DNA of 32,773 bases, taken from positions 1 to 32,773 of the forward strand of contig JAYODI010000068.1 of NCBI GenBank assembly GCA_038279365.1, given 5' to 3'. The translations under genes were made by a program, and so were the position numbers. Positions 27,560-32,773 of this stretch are shown in pieces; position 1 is the stretch's first letter; each line of letters starts with the position of its first letter. The notes beneath the pieces are model-generated. The model saw nothing but the letters and a program-made list of their open reading frames with translations. It made no database searches and had not been told where the DNA came from. This DNA comes from Candidatus Latescibacterota bacterium. Its GTDB lineage: Bacteria; Latescibacterota; UBA2968.

Positions 27560-28600
27560 TTATGTGTCGTTGAGTTCTGTGCGTTGAACGGTTCTGTGCT
27601 GTTGGATAGACATGACCATCATTTGACACATGGCCATTACTTCGAGGTTGTGATAGCCACTGATACCTGGCACAATGTTTTGGGTGATATAAGCATGAAA
27701 ATCTTGGAGTACGCCCACCTCACCGAGGTGGTGGTCAAATGGAATGGCAATGGGATCTGACTTGCCAAATTGGGTGGTTGGGCGTTTTGTGAAGGCCAGT
27801 GATTGTAACCCACCCGTACTGCTTGTTTGATCAAACACACAACCAAATACAGCACCCTTTTCACCATGTAGGTTGATGCGACATTCGCCACGTGCACTGT
27901 CGTGCCCATGGAAATAGTTAACACAAGTGCCATTTTGAAAACGCATGAATGCACTGGTATTGTTGGGGTGTTCATATTGTGAATGAGGTGCAGCAAAAGC
28001 ATGCGCGGTAATTTCTGAAACAGGACCAAGCCAATAGACAAGGTTGTCAAAATGATGGCAGGACATGTCCCAAATGGAGGCATAGGGGTAATTTAAGGTG
28101 CGTGGTTCGGGGCGAACCCGGTGATGGCTGAGGTCAAGAAGGTAGGGATGTCCTATAAAAGCTGGGTCATTTGCGTTTGTTAATAAGCGATGGAAGGTGC
28201 GTTCAAGTGCGTTGTAGCGATAGTTTTGCGACACACAAAAGATGCCATTGTGTTGGCGTACAAAAGCGATGGCTTCATTGGCTGTTGACCAATTGGGCGC
28301 CATACCCTTTTCGGTGAGTACGGGCAAACCCCGTTCTATGGCGCGTTTTGCCATTGGGATATGGTAGATGGTGGGCGTGCAGAGGATGACGCAATCTACA
28401 TCCGATTGGTCAAGGGCTTGTTCGTAATCGGTATAACATGCCGATTTGGGCAGGTTTGCAATGTCACACGCACTTGCAAGGGCGTTGGTGTTTACATCGC
28501 AAAGTGCAACGAGTTTAAAGCCTATTTCCGGGCGACATGTTTTAACAGGCCATTGGCCACGCCCACTCACACCAACGCTGAGCGTTTTGAGTATTTTCAT
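27560..28600 (-). CDS. Gfo/Idh/MocA-family oxidoreductase
   Basis: 'VALCD', 'DCVILCTP...H', 'VLTEK', 'QNYRY', 'DMSCHHFD'. Confidence 0.9.
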   Translation of the reverse strand: MKILKTLSVGVSGRGQWPVKTCRPEIGFKLVALCDVNTNALASACDIANLPKSACYTDYEQALDQSDVDCVILCTPTIYHIPMAKRAIERGLPVLTEKGMAPNWSTANEAIAFVRQHNGIFCVSQNYRYNALERTFHRLLTNANDPAFIGHPYLLDLSHHRVRPEPRTLNYPYASIWDMSCHHFDNLVYWLGPVSEITAHAFAAPHSQYEHPNNTSAFMRFQNGTCVNYFHGHDSARGECRINLHGEKGAVFGCVFDQTSSTGGLQSLAFTKRPTTQFGKSDPIAIPFDHHLGEVGVLQDFHAYITQNIVPGISGYHNLEVMAMCQMMVMSIQQHRTVQRTELNDT

Positions 28601-28612
28601 GGCGCTTGGAGG

Positions 28613-29440
28613 TTATATGTTGGTTGGAAATGCATCCATATTTTCATGGCGCGTACGACGCCCACGCACCATGAGCCCTGGACGCCCTTTGGATTGGCCC
28701 CCTACTTGTTCATTGTCAGGATCTTTGTAACCCACACGTACCATGCGACGCATGTGTGGGGTTTGGTTGATGCGCGATCCGTGAATGGTATGAATACAAA
28801 AGACAACCACATCACCTCGTTTGGCAGGCACGGGAACGGTGTCTTCAAGGCTGTATTCGTCAGTGGGCAAATGTGGGGTGCAGGTGGAACCATCGGGGTT
28901 TTTGCGCACGTGTTCTAAGGCCCCATTTTTATGTGATCCTGCAAGAAATCGGATACATCCATTTTCATCGTTGGTGTCGTCAAGATGAATAAGACAATCG
29001 ACATAACGTCCATCGAGGTGTTCATAAAAAGCCCAGTCTTGATGCATTGGAAAAGGATGACCGGTTTCTGGGGGTTTTGCATGTAAGGTGGTATGGTGTA
29101 GTTCTACATTAGGGCCAATAAGGTCGGCTATTGCCCCTGTGAGTTTTGGGTGGGTTACTGCATCACACCAGGCTTTGGAGTAGCGGTGCAGATCGTGTAG
29201 GGCAATGAGTTTGGATTGTTTTTCCGTTGATTCATCCATATATACCTTGCGCCAGGGGCCACTCCATCCTGCACTTTTGCTCGCCCATGTTTGAATTTGC
29301 CAATCGAGTTCGTTGGCCATGACATCAATTTCTTCTTTGGCAAATACATTGGGAATGTGTAAAAAACCATGTTCTTGATAAAAGGCAACTTGATCTTCTG
29401 TGAGTTCATTGAGCATTGGGGCTGTTAAAACATCGGCCAT
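28613..29440 (-). CDS. PhyH-family dioxygenase
   Basis: 'HQD', 'NGC.RFL.GSH', 'GDVV.F...TIHGS..N.....RR'; AGGAG RBS before ATG 29440. Confidence 0.9.
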   Translation of the reverse strand: MADVLTAPMLNELTEDQVAFYQEHGFLHIPNVFAKEEIDVMANELDWQIQTWASKSAGWSGPWRKVYMDESTEKQSKLIALHDLHRYSKAWCDAVTHPKLTGAIADLIGPNVELHHTTLHAKPPETGHPFPMHQDWAFYEHLDGRYVDCLIHLDDTNDENGCIRFLAGSHKNGALEHVRKNPDGSTCTPHLPTDEYSLEDTVPVPAKRGDVVVFCIHTIHGSRINQTPHMRRMVRVGYKDPDNEQVGGQSKGRPGLMVRGRRTRHENMDAFPTNI

Positions 29441-29690
29441 GAGAATCTCTCCTGTTTTGGCTTTTAGGGTGTTGATGATTGCCATACATTCAAAATGGTG
29501 GGTATGGCATTTTCAGAAACTGGACATTTCATATTAAAGTGTATTGATCCAATATCTCTAATTTAAGGTATATCTATTGTGAATGAAAGTATGTTTCTCG
29601 GTGACTGTGGTCAATAATGAGTACTGTTTTGGCCATATAAACCGTTTTTTAGAAGGATTGATATGGATTATCAACGTAAGGGAGGAAGAC

Positions 29691-30782
29691 ATGAAAATTG
29701 TGGATGTGAAAACATATCATTTGCGTTATCCATTAAAAGAAAGGTTTGCCAATTCGAGCACTTGGAACACGTCGCGTGGGGCCTATGTTGTAGAAGTTAT
29801 AACGGATAATGGGTTAATTGGGTGGGGAGAAGGCAGTGGTCCATTGGCACGTTCGGTCATTGAAACAAGTGTTATGGGGCAAAGTCCTTTTGCCTATGGG
29901 GCTATTTGGCAAGCGTTATGTGAAAAAGGCGTAAGCCCGCGTGCCATTAGCGGGTTGGATATTGCTTTGTGGGATGTGATGGGCAAGGCATTGAATATGC
30001 CTGTTTATGAATTGTTGGGAGGAGCCGTAAGAACTCAAATTCCGGCCTATGCCAGTGGTTTGTTTTACAAAGACCGTTCTGATATGACACAGGTTTTGGT
30101 TGATGAGGCCAAAGGATATGTGGATCAAGGTTTTGGCGCTATGAAAATGAAGATTGGATTTGGGGCAGCATATGATGTGAAGAATGTGACCGCTGTTCGC
30201 AAAGCCATTGGAGATGATGTGTTGTTTGCTGTGGATGCCAATTGTGGTTATGATGTGAGTACGGCCATAGATGTGGGTCGAAAGATCATGCACAATGATT
30301 TGTTTTGGTATGAAGAGCCCATTTCTCCTGATGATGTGACGGGGTACAGAGAAATTAAACAGGCGTTAGGGATGCGCATTGCGGGTGCTGAAGCGTTGGC
30401 TGGCAAGTGGGCATTTAGAGAGCTGATTCAGAAACGCGCTTTGGATATTGTGCAACCCGATATCAGTATTGCGGGTGGGTTTACCGAATGTCGGTTGGTG
30501 GCGGCAATGGCCAGTGCAAATTATGTGCGGGTGTTGCCACATATGTGGGGCGGACAAATTCGTTTGGCAGCTACTTTGCATTGGCAGGCCACGCTTCCTG
30601 ATTGGCCACAAGTATTGCATCCATTTCCTTCGTTGTTTGAATACGATATGACCGAAAATGGTTTACGCACCGATTTGGCCCAAAACCCCATTCGAGCCGT
30701 AGATGGCCTATTGCATTTACCCCAAGATGTTGGATTGGGCATTGAGATTGATCGGGATATTTTGGAGAAATATGCCGTTTGA
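29691..30782 (+). CDS. Mandelate racemase/muconate lactonizing enzyme (enolase superfamily)
   Basis: 'G.IGWGE', 'DIALWD..GK', 'KMKIG', 'VDAN', 'EEP', 'QPD'; GGAGG RBS before ATG 29691. Confidence 0.9.
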   Translation: MKIVDVKTYHLRYPLKERFANSSTWNTSRGAYVVEVITDNGLIGWGEGSGPLARSVIETSVMGQSPFAYGAIWQALCEKGVSPRAISGLDIALWDVMGKALNMPVYELLGGAVRTQIPAYASGLFYKDRSDMTQVLVDEAKGYVDQGFGAMKMKIGFGAAYDVKNVTAVRKAIGDDVLFAVDANCGYDVSTAIDVGRKIMHNDLFWYEEPISPDDVTGYREIKQALGMRIAGAEALAGKWAFRELIQKRALDIVQPDISIAGGFTECRLVAAMASANYVRVLPHMWGGQIRLAATLHWQATLPDWPQVLHPFPSLFEYDMTENGLRTDLAQNPIRAVDGLLHLPQDVGLGIEIDRDILEKYAV

Positions 30783-30811
30783 ATGGAATTGTTTGGCGAG
30801 GGATTTGACGG

Positions 30812-31018
30812 GTGGGTGTTGATAAGGTCGTTGAAAGGGGGCCTGAAGTGAGTTTGTGTCTAAAATGTCACTATGCGCGAACGATAAAAAATGTGCGCGG
30901 ATCGGTTTTCTTTTTATGCGAAAAATCGAAGGAAGATGCGCGGTTTATTAAATATCCAACGATGCCAGTCATTAAGTGTGGTGGGTATGAAGAAAGAAAT
31001 GACGGGGTAGATGGATAA
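30812..31018 (+). CDS. Small four-Cys protein, putative metal-binding
   Basis: 68 aa with 'CLKC..AR....RGSVF.LC......RF.KYP..PV..C.GYE'; start is uncertain. Confidence 0.6.
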   Translation: MGVDKVVERGPEVSLCLKCHYARTIKNVRGSVFFLCEKSKEDARFIKYPTMPVIKCGGYEERNDGVDG

Positions 31019-31098
31019 TTTGAGAAGGTCGGCCCCAATATTTGAGGTGCGACAAGTTGTCATATTTTTATGAAAATGCCTTTGACACAAATTTTATG

Positions 31099-31127
31099 GG
31101 AACTTTTGGACCTTTTTTATGGTCTAA
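31099..31127 (+). promoter_or_regulatory. RpoE (sigmaE)-type ECF promoter
   Basis: GGAACTT-16 bp-GTCTAA, a close match to the sigmaE consensus. Confidence 0.55.
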
Positions 31128-31220
31128 ATAAAAGTTTTATAGGAGATTCCAGAGAACGGGGTTATTTCATCGCAACTGGAAAATTTTTTAAATAATTGTG
31201 ATAAGTGTATGAAATACAAA

Positions 31221-31318
31221 TAAAAAAGTCGTTGATTACCTACCTTGGCGGGGACGGAATCAACGACTTTGGAGGGGTATATAAGGAGGCTTTGATGTCT
31301 CTTTACACGCCCGATAGT
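31221..31318 (-). ncRNA. Putative ~98-nt sRNA (repeat copy 1)
   Basis: Has its own TTGACA-17-TACTAT promoter; two hairpins; ends in a 13-bp stem with a U-tract; no conserved ORF. Confidence 0.6.
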
Positions 31319-31324
31319 TTTTTT

Positions 31325-31353
31325 ATAGTATCTATTCTAAAGGCTTATGTCAA
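31325..31353 (-). promoter_or_regulatory. Sigma70 promoter firing into repeat copy 1
   Basis: Minus-strand TTGACA (31353-31348), 17 bp, TACTAT (31330-31325). Confidence 0.7.
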
Positions 31354-31437
31354 GAAAAAAATAGATTAATAATTAATTTTTTACACACATTAAACCGAAC
31401 ATTTTTGTTTGTAAGTGGTTACTTTGTAGAAGGATTT

Positions 31438-31878
31438 ATGGTTAAGTTAAATCCGCAATGGGCAGAAACCTCAGAATCATTGTTTCAACGTAGCTTTGAA
31501 ACAGATGGTCGGCGTTTGCGTGAGCGTTATCTGGCATTGGCATTGATTGCTTCGGGGCGTAGCATTAAGCAGGTTGCAGCTCAGGTAGGAAAAAGGCGTC
31601 AAACAGTGGCAGAATGGGTGGATCGATATAATAAGTTGGGTATTGATGGACTCGAGCCAGAATTTAAGAGTAAGGCTGTTGCATCACTTTCTGAATCTGA
31701 ATTTGATATTTTAAAACAAACCTTGTGCGACCCGCCACATCTACATGGCATATCGAGTACCAGATGGCGCAGCCGTGATGTTGTTCAATATGTAAAGGAA
31801 AAGTTTCATAAACAAATTCATGCTGAAACTGCTCGAAGGTATTTAAATCGGTTAAATAAAAATGATCCAAGTAGGTAA
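31438..31878 (+). CDS. Stand-alone HTH protein resembling the IS630 transposase DNA-binding region
   Basis: 'RERYLAL.LIA.G.SI.QVA..VG..RQTV.EWV.RYN..GIDGL' plus 'P..HG....RW....V..Y....F......T.RRYL.RL'; AAGGA RBS; no DDE domain follows. Confidence 0.75.
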   Translation: MVKLNPQWAETSESLFQRSFETDGRRLRERYLALALIASGRSIKQVAAQVGKRRQTVAEWVDRYNKLGIDGLEPEFKSKAVASLSESEFDILKQTLCDPPHLHGISSTRWRSRDVVQYVKEKFHKQIHAETARRYLNRLNKNDPSR

Positions 31879-31911
31879 AAGGCCAGCCTCAATTTTGAGA
31901 TTGGCTTTTTT
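31877..31911 (+). terminator. Intrinsic terminator
   Basis: AAAAGGCCAGCCTC...GAGATTGGCTTTTTT directly after the stop codon. Confidence 0.7.
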
Positions 31912-32041
31912 AATGACAATTTTGGTAGATGTATATTATATAGGTTTGGTATGTATTTTTTAACGTGTTCTATTATGGGTCTTAAATGTTCGGTTTTTGA
32001 TGTGGATTTTTGTTTTTTTTGATTTTTGTCTTAAAATTGTG

Positions 32042-32071
32042 TTGACAGTCATAAGTTGACTGCTGTATATT
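32042..32071 (+). promoter_or_regulatory. Sigma70 promoter with an overlapping palindrome
   Basis: TTGACA-18 bp-TATATT; the spacer carries CAGTCA-N5-TGACTG (32046-32062). Confidence 0.5.
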
Positions 32072-32128
32072 TCTTGAACTCTGTATCTTCTTTTATTTTT
32101 TTATGAGTTGTAAATTTTATATGTTGTT

Positions 32129-32211
32129 TCGTAAGTAACCTACCTTGGCGGGGACGGAACTTACGATTTCGGAGGGATGTGTAAGGAGGCTTTGACGTCT
32201 CCTTACACGCC
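32129..32211. repeat. Structured repeat copy 2
   Basis: 32138-32211 is identical to 32304-32377 (74 nt); same 22-nt core as copy 1. Confidence 0.9.
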
Positions 32212-32294
32212 TAAATTTATTTAAATGTCGTTTTAATAATATGCCTTGTTTTGTTTTCATTGCCTGATGGTGATGGTTTGCAGGGATATGAAAG

Positions 32295-32387
32295 ATTGTA
32301 AGTACCTACCTTGGCGGGGACGGAACTTACGATTTCGGAGGGATGTGTAAGGAGGCTTTGACGTCTCCTTACACGCCCGTTTTTTTT
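32295..32387. repeat. Structured repeat copy 3, followed by a T-tract
   Basis: Direct repeat 166 nt downstream of copy 2; the second hairpin is followed by a run of T on the + strand. Confidence 0.9.
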
Positions 32388-32773
32388 CAACTAAGTATTA
32401 TGTTTACATGTATTGGTGATTAGACCTATGAATGTATTGTTCATATTGGTGAAATAATAAAAATAAAACAGCCTCCCAATCGTTAACCGTGCAAGGGATT
32501 TCGACTGGAAGGCTTCTTTGTGTTTTATCAATTCTAAAATCATTGCGTAGTGAGTTTAGAATTGAGATGGTTGTTCGTTCTTTTATCCACCGCATAATAA
32601 GTGCAAAATTAGTGCCATATTCAATTATGTGGCTTTGTCATATTTACAGTTCGATTTTAGTGTGTATTTAATGACAAATCGCCGTATTTGAAAAATGAGC
32701 AATGACAATCTGACATCGCAAGGAGGTGCCTGGAGAAATAACTTGAGAGCGGTTTTTGAAGTGAGTTTCCGAA

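Noticed and set aside
31405-31911. Active IS630 insertion sequence
   Set aside because: No DDE domain in any downstream frame, a terminator follows the stop, and I see no terminal inverted repeats.
31225-32379. Repeats as a CRISPR array
   Set aside because: Units are 74 nt or longer, there are only three, spacing is irregular (900 and 166 nt), one interval contains a gene, and no cas genes are present.
32583-32591. DnaA-box-like TTATCCACC in an AT-rich region (possible oriC)
   Set aside because: A single imperfect match with no box cluster or origin-associated genes in view.
32404-32671. Short ORFs 32404-32595 and 32489-32671
   Set aside because: They overlap each other in AT-rich DNA with no clear RBS or motif.

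Overview
Bacterial chromosomal window of moderate GC with no rRNA, tRNA, CRISPR or intact mobile element. The gene mix (C-terminal sorting-domain protein plus PorV-like barrel, several PhyH dioxygenases, ECF-sigma/ankyrin fusions) suggests an uncultured FCB-group organism such as Latescibacterota; this is inference only. Layout: (1) 1-13.4 kb is a co-oriented envelope/uptake cluster: secreted protein end, PorV-like barrel, beta-propeller, lyase-like protein, a large M28-like/FtsX fusion with degenerate catalytic motifs, and two polytopic membrane proteins, with no ABC ATPase. (2) 13.7-20 kb holds accessory genes: a TPR protein, a broken RelE-like toxin running in frame into its antitoxin, two ECF-ankyrin fusions (one internally deleted) and an HxG-type PhyH enzyme. 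(3) parE-parC. (4) A catabolic cluster at 24.4-30.8 kb. (5) The best novelty candidate is 31.1-32.4 kb: a stand-alone IS630-like HTH gene flanked by three copies of an ~85-nt two-hairpin element. The copies share an invariant 22-nt core containing TTGGCG/CGCCAA inside covarying stems and have promoter matches on both strands, suggesting an undescribed sense/antisense sRNA system.
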